Below, in pieces: positions 51,495 through 64,000 of a stretch of DNA of 64,000 nucleotides. Positions within the stretch are counted from its first letter, which is position 1; the number at the start of each line of letters is the position of its first letter. The DNA is taken from the NCBI GenBank assembly GCA_036172245.1, contig JAYWIR010000014.1, positions 1,488,001 to 1,552,000 on the forward strand, in the 5' to 3' direction. The position numbers were made by a program, and so were the translations under genes. The DNA is from Raillietiella orientalis (Eukaryota). The notes beneath the pieces were generated by a model that was not told where the DNA came from, made no database searches, and was given only the letters and a program-made list of their open reading frames with translations.

Positions 51495-52713
51495 TGGCGC
51501 GCTTCTTGCACTCATCAGCCCACCAGCTCCATGGTACGAGATGGAGGGTCTCCCCGAGAAGGGAGTGAGTAAGACTGCGTTTTTACAACCGTAAGGGAAC
51601 CCCGAGACTCCTTGATCGTAGGAGAACCCCAGAAGGTCAACTTCCAATCCTGGCCAATGGAAGCATCCAGGGGTTCCCGGCTTCCACCAGTGCCGCATCC
51701 GAAACCTACAAGCCAGCCAGCGTCATCTTGCGGAAGGAACTCGAACCCACAACGCACCCGTTTCTCTGGCATTGATTGTCCACATGGGGGTTCGAATCCA
51801 CAATGCTTGGTACTGCGCGTGGGGACCGCAGCCACACAGCCGCCAATGAGGGCATCCCGTTCCGATTCACGAACACTCCGGAAATCCAGCAGGCGCTTCC
51901 CTCAGACGATCCATGCCTCTCCGACAGCAAAAGAGGAAGGATCGTTGCCTCCCTTGTTCCAAGAGGCAACCTCGGGGTCCTTGGCTCTTTACACGGGAGA
52001 GTCGCTGCTGCCGCCCTCTGTTCCGATACCCATCTCCCGAGACATGCATCCGCGGCCTCTGTGCCGCTCCCAGCATCTCTTGCTCGTCGGCTACCGGGAA
52101 GCGGAGAAGCCGCTCTGCTTTTCGGTGCGCAGCCGTCGAGGAGCTCACCATACCATGCATTGCAAAAGAGGGTGAACAGGGCGGAGGTCCCTACGTGAAT
52201 TCCCTCTCCCAGCGAAGCGACTTCCGCTCTTCAAGTGGCTCACCCAACGATCTTGCCCGTCGCTGCTTCGGACGGAGTTGCCGAACAAGGTTCGGGCGAA
52301 TCACCGAGGAGAGATGCGGGAAGCAGAGACGGTTGCCATGGGCAAATGCCACGTCCTTTTCGAGCTGGAGACGCCGCGGAGCGGAATCACACCATTCGGG
52401 CGCGAACAGCGGGGTATCTCGATGGTCGCTCTCCTGAGCCGCTCCCCTCTGAGGACCTTTTCCTTCTTCTCCATGAGACCCAGAGGGCGGAAGTCGGACT
52501 CACCTCTGCGGTGCGGCCGGTGTCGCCTTCGTGTTTCGGTCATGCTGAATCCTAAATTCCTTGGCTTTCCTCAAGGGGTGAGAATTAGAATTCGAGTCCT
52601 ACGCGAGCTCCTGAGCAATGCAAGGTGTTTATGCGCAACTCTTTCGAGCCGCAGGCCACGCCTATTTTCTGGCCTATTTCCGGAGGCAGTGCCACGCCTT
52701 CCTAAACGTGATA

Positions 52714-53012
52714 CTCCGTGGCTTCCCGGGAATTCCTCTGTCCTCTGGCACTCCCGGGAGTTCAGCATGCATCGGAAAGAGGTCTGGTGCTCCCTCGAGA
52801 GGTGGTCGAGAGCACGCACTCCACCTCCCACTGTGCTTCTGGGAGGACCCCGTTATCGTCGCCTTCCTTCGGAAGGTGTCAGTGAGACCGCTCCTCAGGG
52901 CTCCAGACCACTCTTGGAAGCCACCTGCAAGAAGCCGCTTTGCCGCTCAGTTGAGTGCCTGGGACCACCCAGTCACCTTCACCTAAGGGCATGCGGTCAC
53001 AACTGGTTTCCG
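52714..53012 (-). repeat. ~300-bp dispersed repeat, copy 2 (inverted relative to 46758-47041)
   Basis: Reverse-complement match to 46758-47041 with a few small indels. Confidence 0.9.
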
Positions 53013-53074
53013 TTATTTTCTGCTCAGCACCTGTCCCAGGAAGGGGCACTCCGATCGGATGTAAAGAAAGAGTA

Positions 53075-53388
53075 TCGTTCGAATGCAAACGACTTTTCGA
53101 GGTGCAGGAAGACGTGGTAGCTACTGGGAAGGACTGTAAGGTGGGTGGGTGATCAAAAAGTTCCCATTTGAATTTCTGGATTGTCTGGAGTGTGAGAACA
53201 GCATGTGTTGCCAAGGCGCGCGTTGTCATGAAGGAGAAGAACCATTCCTGATCTCAGCATTCCACGTCGTCGGTTCCCAATGGCGCGCCGCAGTTCTGGA
53301 AGTGTTTCTACACAGTAGACTAGCGAAGTGACGGTTGTTCCAGGCTCCATAAAGTCCACCAACAACACACCCTTTTGGTCCCACACAC
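53075..53388 (-). mobile_element. Mariner (DD34D) transposase pseudogene fragment, minus-strand arm
   Basis: VWDQKGVLLVDFMEPGTTV...YC.ETL..LRRAIGNRRRGML..G.VLLLHDNAR, then after a frameshift KFKWELFDHPP..YSP..PSSYHVFLHL. Confidence 0.92.
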
Positions 53389-53761
53389 TGCTGTCCGCAT
53401 ATTCCAGACAATTCACAAATTCGAATAGGAACTTTTTAATCACCCACCTCGCAGTCTCGCCGAGTGACTACCACGTGTTCCTTCCTACACCTCAAGAAGT
53501 AACTCAGCGATTCGAGGGAGAGAGTGAGAAGTTGAAAATTGCAGTGCTACTGAACTGTCTGAACTCCCAGGCGGCGGAATTTGATGCAGAGGATCTAAAA
53601 AAGCTCGATACACGGTATCAAAAGTGTTTGGAAAAAAATCGTGACCACTCAGAAACATGACATGGGGATGTACGTGTTTCGAACCACTCATGCATTTTCG
53701 TTTCCCTTATTTATTCTTCCTTTCTATCCAATCCGTCCTTACTTTTGAAATGCACCTGGTA
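53381..53761 (+). mobile_element. Mariner transposase C-terminal fragment, 3' UTR and right TIR with TA, plus-strand arm
   Basis: PHTAVR..QTIHKFE*ELFNHPP, PSDYHVF, QRFE...LKIAV..LNSQAAEFDAEDLKKLDTRYQKCLEKNRDHSET*. Ends ccttacttttgaaatgcacctggTA, a mariner-like TIR end followed by TA. Confidence 0.9.
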
Positions 53762-53789
53762 TCTATCGATACATATAATAAGCACATAT

Positions 53790-54400
53790 CTTAATTTTTT
53801 ATGATCTTTCGGGATGATGATCGTTAGTGATTTTGAACCATACCCATACGCATCGATCCCAGCATCCTTTCTTCCTTCTGCTGGCGTCAACTTGCGAATC
53901 TTTTTCTCCACCCTTCATCATTCTTGTCGCTCCCATCAACCTGGATACTCGCCGTGCATCTCCCCCTCCAGGAGGCACGTTTTTGAATCTGCATCTCCAA
54001 CATCTTCGATCCGAAAGTACCGTACGATGGTGTGGCATCCTCCTTCGGAGCGCTCAGTGCTCCTGAAAGAGCTCATTTGCCGAAGACACTCGACCTTTAG
54101 ACACTTCCAAGGACGATGCCTAAAAGAACCTCCATCCTTTTCCAGCGCAAAGCACAGGTCGCTCCTGAAGATCGTGGACCATCAGGAGCGTTTCCGCTTT
54201 TTTCATCTCGGTTGGCCTTCTTTGTATTGCAATATGCCACACAGCTTCCTTTTTCCCCTCTCAAACCTTCGCTTCGGGAACGAAATCAGCACCCTCCTTT
54301 TATACCATCACAGCGTGCAGCTCGCTCCCTTTTTCTTCTACGTGATTCCCACAGGGATATGAGAAGTCTCCGTCGCCCGGCTACCCGCCGACAGATGCTC
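53790..54400 (-). mobile_element. Decayed RTE-like LINE 3' fragment
   Basis: Minus-strand remnants occur in the expected order: WYKRRVLIS (cf. EMWCYRRMLRISW), RYF, KTCLLEGEMHG (cf. KxILEGKxxG) and DRCVW (cf. DRxxWR). Confidence 0.4.
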
Positions 54401-57400
54401 GATGACAACTGGAAATTGTCCATACCCTTCGAGGAAAGGGACCTCGATGCTTCTGAGATGAGGTTTCTGCCTCTCTTGGGAGCGAGGCTCTTGGTGAAAC
54501 TAAAGTGTATTCACCAAAGATCTTGGTGGCATGCACTGGTAGTGCTGCAGCATTGCCGAAGAGGCGCATCTGAGAGGTCAACTGAGAGGACGGGAGAGTG
54601 TCCGCTATGAGTGAAGAGGAAGCCTCGTTTCTCCGGGATCCTGGATCGAGCAGCAGGAACCCATGGTAGTAATGAGATGGGATCCCGGAGGAGATGGGCC
54701 CTATTCTGTTGTGTCCGGTCACCGGCAGTCTTCGTGCTTGTTACCGGTTACCAGTGGACTACAATGTGACCTCCTCTGCTCGGTTTTTGCTTTCGTCTCT
54801 TCTCTTCAGAGTGGGAGAAGGAATCTTTCCGTTGCCCGATTCTTGCAACAAGGAGCAGACCATCCCGACATCGAGTGGTCTTCGGAGAGCTTAACAGGAT
54901 TTCTCAGTCTCCGCAGCTGTAGTCGCACTTTGGTCAAACGATCCGAACGAAGGGTCCCAGACGATCTTCTCGTTCTCCTGGTACGCAGGAGAAGCCCATG
55001 CGATCTGAGCACCTCTCGTTTGGAAACGAGGAGACCGCCATCGTTACCATTTTCTCTCGGTTCCCTCCGAAGGACCTGTCGGGTCGGATTGAGCATACTA
55101 CAAGACCGCATCCTTGATCCCTCTACTCTCCCTGGATGTGGTTCTTCCTTTCGAGGGTGATTTCCTCCCGTTTCTCTCTGGACCCAGGTCCTGTGGAGAT
55201 CAACAGGGTCTCCTAAAAAGGCTGCGAAGGAACTCGATACTCGTCTGGAGGGGGGCTCTGGTTGGCAGCTGGTTTGATTTCTCTGGGTGGACGAGCTGGA
55301 CGAGATACGTGGGATCGGTGATGCGATTCTCCTCTTCGAAAGAGCGCAAGGATCTTCCCGGTCGCTGTCCTTCCGTTTCTTCCCGTCCGCTAGATTTCTC
55401 CCCACTCTTAATGTGGAGAGAGATGAGGGGTCACCTGTATTCTCCTCCCTGCGACTGCCTTTTTGTGCATCTAGTTCGGGTCTACCTTCCGAGACAGCAA
55501 TCATCCGCCACTGATGGATGCTGTCGCGATGGATCCACACGCCACGCCCCCAGAGTCCGTCTCTGATGTGCGCTTGGTGGGCACGCGCACGCGCGGTCAG
55601 GACGGGATGCGTCCGCGCGCCGTCTCCAAACTACAACGCCAGTTGCTCCGTGGAAGCAAGGGCGGAGGGAGTGGAATGGCGTGTTTTCCTCCAGGATGGG
55701 AGTGGGGGGGAACTTGACGCCCGGAAGATCACCGACATGGATAAAAAGGCGCTTTGACGCTCCCTGGGAAACAGCTGATTTCCGGTTGCTCCACTTCCCG
55801 GAATTGGGGGAGGAGGAGACTGCGGTTGGCTCTCCTGGGGAGTCTTGGCCTCTCTTCTCTTTCTGGATCAGAAGTGGCACCCCTCTTCCTCTCGAGGAGG
55901 GACGCCACTTCCGGCTTCCCTCGGGGACTGGCACATGAGGATCCGTCGCCAGAGGAAGGGAGAGAGGGAGAGTCGTGGAAGGGGAGAGGCCCACCATCCC
56001 AGAATGGAACGAGTAGGCGAGCTCCATCTCCTGCGCGAGGGGAGCGACGAGAGGCGGAGGTGGCGCCACCTTGAGCTCTCCGAGCGCGCGCTCTCTCGGC
56101 CGACACTCCCTTCAAACCTTCGCGGTCCGAGGGGGATCCCGGAGAGGCGTGAGGGAGGGACCAGACTGGAGGGAGAAGGAGGAAGGAGGAGAAGAAAAGA
56201 CCCCGTGGCCTCGGAGGCAAATGACCTTGATGATCACCCACCTTTCCTCCGCAATGAGTCCTCCAGCCCGAGAGAAGCCACTGGAGCGAGGACAGAGGGA
56301 AGACCTCCACATTTCTCCTCCTCTTCTTCCTCTCCCTCTTCTCCATCACCCCCGAGCGACCGCCGGCCGTCCCTGCGGAAGGACTCCGAAGACGAGTGGC
56401 CTGGACATGTCGCGACCGCTGCGCGGCCCCGTCCTCGTCTCCAGAAGGGCGGGCGGGAGCTTTGCAAGCGAGGAGGAAAGGGTCGGAATCACTGATTCTG
56501 GAAGGGGAAGGGGGAGGTCCAGTTCGTGCGAGCGGGAAGCGGCGCGCTCTCTCCTTGACTTCGCAGGTGAGCAGCACGAAGGCCTGCTCGACTTCCGGCC
56601 TCGATCCCGGTCGGGAGGGGAGTTCCCTGGGGCAGGGCCTCCTGGCCACCGCGTGAGCGTGACGCACCTACTCTACGGAAGGCAGGAGGTGGCTCCAAGC
56701 GGGAGGGAGCTCTCCCAGTCCTCTAGCGAGCCGTGCTGCTTTTGCAGGAGGAGGAGGAAGTGAAGAGAAGGAGCGGAATGAGCTCCTCGTTTCCCATAAC
56801 CTTCCCGCTCCCTCCTCCTTCGCAAAAAATCTCGAACCAGGTCAAACCTGCGCTGCTCTAGACCCCACCGAGAGCGCTCCCTCACCGGACCGGCACGTTG
56901 GGAGAGCGCTCGCGTCGCCGTTCGGCATCCAAGGTGAGAGGAGGAGGGAGAGCGCAGGGGTCCGGGAGGAGGACGGGAAAAAGAATCCTCCCTTCCCTGC
57001 TGCAAATAGAGCAGAGAGGGAGAGCGCGGTCGGAAGATGTTCGCGGGAGGGACCATGCCATACTGGGCGCCTCCCCCAACGGCCTCCATTGAGGACCCTC
57101 GTGAACCCGTGAGGGGATTCTCTGCGCCCCGCTTCCGGAGGGCTGTGCTCTCTCGGGCAGCATCCGCAAGGAAGGCCGATCGGGAAGTCCAGGACCTCCT
57201 CCCGAGAGGCAATCCCTTACATCCTCCGCGTTTCTTGGAATCTCACGTGCCATCCCTTTCCTCAGGAAAGGTGGATCGGCGGGGGAGCCATGACGAATCG
57301 CTTCCCAAGAGTTCCTGAGGGCTGCTCTGGGAGAACCGTTGGAGGAAAGAGAACCGTTTGGTCCTCTGCCGCCGTCCACTCCTCTCCTTTCCCGCTGGAT

Positions 57401-60400
57401 GTCCCGAGGGAGTGTGCCTTCCATAAAGTAGGGGGGTTGCTTCAGGAACCCACCACCTACTTTTGGGGACCATCCCAGAGCCATCTACTTTCTGAAAAAA
57501 GTAGGGGGACATTTTCTAGAAAGTGTGCTGTCCACATTTTTCTGTCAGCAGGCCGGCGGGAGACGCGAGTCTTCTGGCACCTCCCTGGAGGGAAAAGCAG
57601 GACCCTCCTGGTTCCCGAGGACTGCTGACTGAGAGCATATACAAAGCGCAGCTGCTTCAATTCTTCAGCATCCGCTTGACACCCATCTAAGAGACCTTTC
57701 GGATGCCGCTCGGCAAGTTTTCTCAGGGGAAACCTCCAGAGGTTCCTGCTACTGTATGGAGGGTCCATACCGAAGATGAAAGGATCTCGCTGAGATGACT
57801 CTTTCGGGTCGAGCGGAAACTGTCAGCGAGGCTTCCTGGTCTGGAAGAATCTCTCCCCCGAACAGAGGGACCCCAGGTGGCTGGAAGAGGGGATTGCGCC
57901 TTGATTAGAAGAGAGTTAGGATGGTGCAGCTGCAGATTCTTCTTCTCCTCCTCCTCCTCTGCTCCAGATGGCTTCCCCTCCGGAAAGAGATGCGCCCTCT
58001 GAACGGGAAGGTGAATCCCTTTCCGGATGCCACGGGAGCACACTTCCCGGACCCTCACTTTCCTTGTCTGCGTCCCCGATTTTCCAGAGTGTTCCATTCT
58101 GAGTTCTGGGGCTGTTCCCTTAAGTGGGTTGGCAAAGCAAGCAAATGGGTCCTGTGGGTAGAAAGCCTCGGAGGCACTCGAGTTCTCGCTGGTCCCAGGA
58201 CAGGTAGCAAGCCTGGAATGTGTGCCATCTGTGCCTCAATCTAAAAACTACTTGAATTTCGAGGCTCTCGGGTAGTGGCGTTAGTTGTGTCGCTTCTGTA
58301 ATCGTAAGCCTCTGCGTTCTCGATCGCTCTTAAATGGTTCTCCTCTATCAAAAGGTGGACCCCCACATCCATCCATTTTGATTTGTGATCTCGTTTTTGG
58401 AGGATTTTTAAGAGATACTGGTAAGTAAGTGGAAAGAGTCGTTTTGCCATTGTCATTGCAACGAGTCCAGGAGCCACGTAGCGGAAAAGTTGCGGCAGCG
58501 ACGAGCTGCTCCCAAAAGCCTGCAGATGGCAGGAAAGTCTCAAAACGCGATGGTGCTCTCTTTCAGTGGCCATACGGAGGGCGCGAAAACATCTCCCCTT
58601 CCTGGGTGGCAGCCTACCCAAACGAACGATCGGGACTGCAAAGGGTGAGGCTGAGGCGAACCTATTAAGGGTTTTCGCCGTCATCCTAGGGGGAGACGAG
58701 GGGAGAAAAAGAGGGGAGGGGATTTTCTGACCAGACGGCAGAACTCTTCTGGAAGGGGTTTCCGGGCATGCGAAGACGCGTGCGGACCAGCTCGGGCAGG
58801 ATGCGGAGGAACAGGCAGCTTACCTCGCCGGAGGGGAAGGATCAATGGGTCCCTCCTGGTCCGTCTCCTGGAAACGGCTCCGGAGTGAAAGGAAGGAGGG
58901 GGATCGAAGGGCAAGAGTCGTCTCCGAAGACGCTTGCGGGAGCGCTACCGCTGCTCCTCGTACTTTCACGGAAGCTTGCAAGCGACGCCGGTTCCCAAGG
59001 AGACACGTGGCGCGCCCGCTGCCGTCACGTGCTCTTACAGAGGGAGAGCGCGACGAGAATCTGCATCCGAGGGCGCACCTGCCTTTCTCCCATCCGCCGC
59101 TCCGACTCTCGTCCGCTTGGTAACGGGAGAGGCGGCAGCAGCGGTCGCCAGGGACTTTTTCCCTGTGCCCTCCTCTCTCCCTTCGCCATCTCCGCTCCCA
59201 GACATATGTCAGGAAAGAAGGGGGCTACCTAGCTGAAGTAAGGGAGTGTCTGGAGGAGCGGGCCGGGGGCTCGTCAGGGAGACTCCCCTCGACTGGTTTC
59301 TAGGAGCGACATCCACCGGAAAGGCTCACGTAAGAGAGATAGGGCCTGGGAAGGAAGAAGGGAAGGGGACAAGCGAAGTGCATTCAGGATCCTCCTCCTT
59401 CCCTTTCTCCCGTCCCCACCGTTTCTTTGGTCTCTTGCAACGACGTCTTCCAGATCGCTTCCCCTGTCTTCCTTGCTTGTCCCTTCCACACACCCCACAC
59501 CCTCGTCAGCGGGGGACGCCAACCCTCGCTACGAGTCCCGGGAGAGCTCTCGCTCCTCACAACGCCTTCCCGGGGAGCTCTCCCGTGTCCTGGACGTAAG
59601 AGAGCCCTCTCCGGGGTTGCCGAGGGTGGAGAGGGAAGAGCGATTCCGGAAGCGAGAACGTTCCTGGGAGAGGGAACGCGGACCCTGTGCGCGTTAGGAC
59701 TACCCCCCAGTCAGCTGGGTTTTCATGGAGTCCTGGAGGATCGTTCATTCGCATCTTCCAATGAATGGGAAGGAGAGAAGGAAGGGGAAATTTTCTACCC
59801 TCTTTCCTCCCCCTGCACCTGTGAGGGGGGTCAGATACTCCCGGAGAGGGAGAAGGTAGCCCCACCTCCTGGTGGCTCTGAGGTGGTGCGAAGGGGAGAG
59901 GAGGAGGGGCCTTGCTGAGGTCACCATGACCTCCAGGAAGGGTCGCAGTCCTGCCATACCCCACACCGGGTTGAACAAGTCGCGACGCTCTTGGGAGAAC
60001 CCCCCTAACGACTGATACGTGGGGGATGGAATCGCTTCCTTCACTCTGGTTGCTTGGTAATAATCTTCTCTTCCCCCCGGACCCTCCGTCTTCATGGCCA
60101 CCCCTTTCCCGGGCTCTTCTGTCTGCCTGCCCTTCCCGCTTCTTCGCTGCTGGACCTCACCCCTCCCCTACCCCAAAGCAGCAGCCAGCTGACCTACGCA
60201 CCTTCCCGTGCCGGTGGGCCACGATCCAGTGGGGAGGGAAGGGCCCGCTGTCCCTAGGCCATCGAAACCGCTTGAGACACTCCATGCTTTGCAGAACCCC
60301 GGGAATGCGGCAGTTCTGGATCAACACGACTTGGCAAGGAGAGCCCCACGACGAAACCTACGAGGTGCGGCTGTTTCCTCTGAGGGGATTTCTGGGAATA

Positions 60401-63400
60401 CTCGTTTCGGGACCCCTCTGCTGGCACGGGTTCCCTCCTGCCCTCAAGGAGCCCCACGTGCTTCAGGATCAGGGTAAGCAAAACTTGGGGCTTCCTTCCC
60501 GAGGGGGACTTCGTGCGCAAGGGGTGGGCCCCTAAGGCGAGGGGGAACGCTCGTTTTCAACTAATCACATAGTCCGGAAAAACTGAGAACCGCTTCATCC
60601 CGGGGAGGCAGGGGGGCATTTCACGGGGAGGCAGGCGTGGAGGGGAAGCTTCTCGGGGCGAGGATATCTCGAGTGCAGAGGAAGATTCGCTTCCCGGATA
60701 CCCGAGGTGAACCCTGCGTGATCCCTCCCCCCAGGGTACGGTTACACCGGCGAGCCAGGGAGCCACTGGGATTTGGGATTAGATGGAAGGGCTGCATACC
60801 CGTTCTTGAGGCTGCGGCACCCAAGGAGAACCTCTTCCGTCTCTCGGAAAGTCCTTCTTCCCCGGACCCACACTCCCTTTTCGCCCCCTATCCCGGGAGG
60901 AGGAAGTTCCGAAGGAACGCGAGCTGCCTGGTAGCCGAACTTCCTAGGGCTCTTCCTTGCTCTTCTTCCTCCGTTTCCTTTCTCCATCTCGACTCAGCAG
61001 CGCCCACACTCTAAGGACGGAGGGGGAGGAGCAGGCGAGACAATGGCCGGACGCTCCCTCTGCTTCCGGACGCCACCACTGGCAAGGAGGGAAATTCCAG
61101 CGTCTCCCGCGAGCGTAAGGGGGGGCAGGCGGGAGGGAGGGAGAGAAATTTTCCCCCTTCCCCCTCGGAGACGGAGGGCGCGGGACGGGGCTGCCCCTGT
61201 CGTTTCCATGGCTCGCCGGATCTTCCCTCCTGCCTCGGACTCGCTCTGCCCCCACCCTCCACCCCCTTTTTGCTGGAGGTTCGCTTTGCCCGGCAGCCGC
61301 AGCGCCCCTCCGCCGGCCCAACTGCTTCCCTGCTTCGCTGGCGCCGTGACCGTCCGCGGCTCCAGATGCTGCGGTCGGTCATCGAACTCAGCAGTCTCAG
61401 ACTCAAACGGTCTCCCAGACGACGCTGTTCCTCCTCCCCACTTCCAGAGGAGTGCTCGCAGCGCGAATGGCCCCGCCGCCTGTCCTCCCCCACGCCGGTC
61501 GCCGCAGCTCGAGAGCACGTTGGGGAGTGCCTGAAGCTGCGGGTGAGTGCCCTGCGGCGGAGTGCAGGTATCCTCCGGCCACCGGGAATCCGTCCTCGCT
61601 GCGCGGGGGTCCTCCGAAAGATGGCGCTTCCCGGAGGCGCGTGAATCCTCGGCCGAAGGAGGAGGCGCGTCCAGGGGGCGGAGGGCTGACCCGTTCGTCC
61701 TCCACGCACTCCCCTGGGGCGACTCAGACCCAGTGAGCAGCGTTCGCGTCCCCACAGGAGACTCCGGAGGGCGCGTCGTGACTCCCCCTTCTCCCGGGGC
61801 TGCGAGCTTGTCCCAGCTAAAGGTCGGTCCATTTAGCTGACCTCTTTCGAAGGCGGCTGGGACTCCAATGCACTCCAGAGGAGGAATCCACCGGCCGCTC
61901 GAGGGTGGTCAGGGATCGGATATGGTCGAAGGAATACCCGTGTCGTCCCTGCAGCCCTCATTCGACAACTTCCGATTGAGGAAGGTTCTCCCTCCAAGCC
62001 ACCATCACCCCCGTGCTCACCCAACAGGTCCCACGCCATTCCCTTTTTCCCACTCCCATCCCGACCCCCCTTCCCCCGAATCGGAAGAAAATCGGGACGC
62101 AGGATGGGGAAGGGGCTGGTGACTTTCCAATCGCCGCGACGAAGCAAGCTGGACAGCCCGGCGGCCAGCATCCCGGAGCGGCAGAAACATCCAAACGCTG
62201 GCAGGTCGCCAAGGAAAGGGAGGAGCTTCAGCGCTCTCCCAGTTCCTCGTGGACGTCCAGGACGAACTGGACGGTGGTAACCGAGGCCCGCCTCCCGAAA
62301 GGGAGAGAATCTTGGAAAACCAGACGCGACAGCGGCACTGACAATGATAAGGGAAGTCAGTGATCCTGTTCACGCGATCTGATGGATATGGGGTGTGGGT
62401 GCAGGGAAAGTCACTCTGAAGGGGTGAGGGGAAAGAGAGAATGGAAGTCTTGTGAATGCCTCCGTTCTTCAGAAGCTTCATCAACTCTCCTTTCGCAACT
62501 CTCCTTTCCTCCTTTCTCTCCTTTCTCCATACCCTCCTCATTCTGTTCCCTCCCATCTGGCATCCACAGCTGGCCATATCTACACCCCTATTCTGGAGGC
62601 TTGACTCCTCTAGGTGGACTGCTCGCGGCCACACCACGCTGAAATCACCTACTCTCGCTCGCTCGGCCAAGTTAAGCAGCAGCATCGAGTCCGTTCGAGA
62701 TCCGGGCAAGCGGCCTCCGTATGTTGCGGGATGGATGGGGAGGAGAGGGAGGGAGGACTCATAAAAAGGAATGAAACGGGTTCTTCCGGCATCCCTCGCT
62801 TTCTGCAGAAGATCAAGAAAGCAGCGCAGTGCAGGTAGCAGGAAAACGGAACAGAACTCTGGATGGAGCATCCTCCACCTCAGGTGTCGTTTTTCTGGAC
62901 GTGCTTTCTGGAGCCAGGATGCCGGGAAGGTCAATCCTGGATGAGGGCAGGAACTTCGGGAAGGTTGCAAGGGAATGGCAGCCAGAAACAAATTTCCTTT
63001 CTCTGGATGTGTTCGCCCGACTGAAACGAAATTCGGGGGCGCTGCCAGTCGGGAGCTGGAGGGACCCCGCGCGCGCAGACGCCGCGGTCAGAGGCTCGAG
63101 CATCCTCGTCTGTATATCCCAACCTCTTCGCTCCTGGTTCCCTTTCCGACCTAGAGATGGCTGCTGTCTTCCGGTATGTTCTGTTTCCATGCGCCATCCC
63201 TTCCCGAAGCTGTCCCACTCTTCCCTCCTACCGCATGGAGTCTACCCTCTTGCACTTCGTTCTTCCTCGTGAGCTGGTGTGCCGTCCCCTTCCCCGCAGG
63301 GGTGAGCCTGAGGAAGGGCTCGGGCCGCCATCCCCCTCATCCGACGCGACAGGACCCCACCATCCCCACCCACCTGATTGCCGGCAGAGCTACCAGAAGG

Positions 63401-64000
63401 TGGGATCCCACCATCCTGCCTGTTTCGCCCCTTCCTACCCTCCCAACCCGCGGCTTAAGCGGCCTCCTCCCCGCACTACTGCAGGGAGGCCTCGCGAGTA
63501 TCTGCACGTAGGAGACCCTTCCATGCCTCAAGACGCCACTGGCATCCGCTCCGGCTCCTCCCTGATTAGAACTTCCCGCAGGAAAAGAGGGACCAGAACA
63601 GGGATGTTTCTCCAGTCGCTCAGGTCATCCACGCGCTCCGCAGAGGATGCTTACATCTCCCGGTGACCGCGTTTCCACGCTCCGCAACTTCGACTCATCC
63701 CCACGGCCCTCTCGTGAGTTTGCCAGTCTGGCGTTCCTCACTCTGGATTTCTGATGCCGCACCCAGAGCAGCCCCCCCTCCCCCCCCCCAGAGATCCCAA
63801 GGCCGAAATCCCAGGGTGCGCCTGGGTGGCTTCGAAGCTGGTGAGATGCACCGCTCTTCCTGGAGAAGCAGCTGGGAGAATCGGGATCCGAGCTGGCAGG
63901 CTCGGAATCGAAGGTTGCGTGAGCGTGCCGGGAGACCCTGCTCCCTCGTCTCCGTCAGGGAGCGCAGCTTCCCGCTCCTTCAGCTGCACGGCGGCGCGGA

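Noticed and set aside
51737..51800. Two opposed B-box-like GTTCGA motifs (tRNA or SINE)
   Set aside because: No cloverleaf or correctly spaced A box is visible; at most a decayed SINE trace.
59980..60075. Minus-strand EDYYQATRVKEAI...FSQE...NPVW resembling a Penelope GIY-YIG C-terminus
   Set aside because: No upstream GIY/YIG motifs, RT remnants or hammerhead were found; it needs a profile search to support.
62400..62660. GDFS...SDFP spacing reminiscent of LINE APE endonuclease GDFN...SDH
   Set aside because: Both motifs are imperfect and the intervening sequence is low-complexity purine-rich DNA.

Overview
Eukaryotic genomic DNA, GC-rich by inspection and not CpG-depleted. It is probably from an arthropod, inferred from a TCAGT-type Inr plus DPE and from mariner/RTE relics; the species cannot be determined. 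Only one host gene is supported: a two-exon Cip/Kip cyclin-dependent kinase inhibitor (CDKN1/dacapo family) on the + strand, CDS join(6901..7333,8326..8414), 173 aa. It has a canonical CDI domain, an 11-Ala tract and a non-canonical PIP-degron (QARITVFGRSRKR) split by a phase-1 intron at the same position as in p21. The remaining ~55 kb looks like gene-poor regulatory and intergenic DNA. It holds candidate cis-regulatory clusters, two AT-rich islands, a rearranged mariner relic, several decayed LINE fragments and three families of dispersed repeats. Nearly all listed ORFs are chance ORFs of GC-rich DNA. I found no convincing novel multi-gene system; the most interesting signals are the variant degron, a DPE embedded in the coding sequence, a CLEAR/E-box cluster and the unusual repeat architectures.
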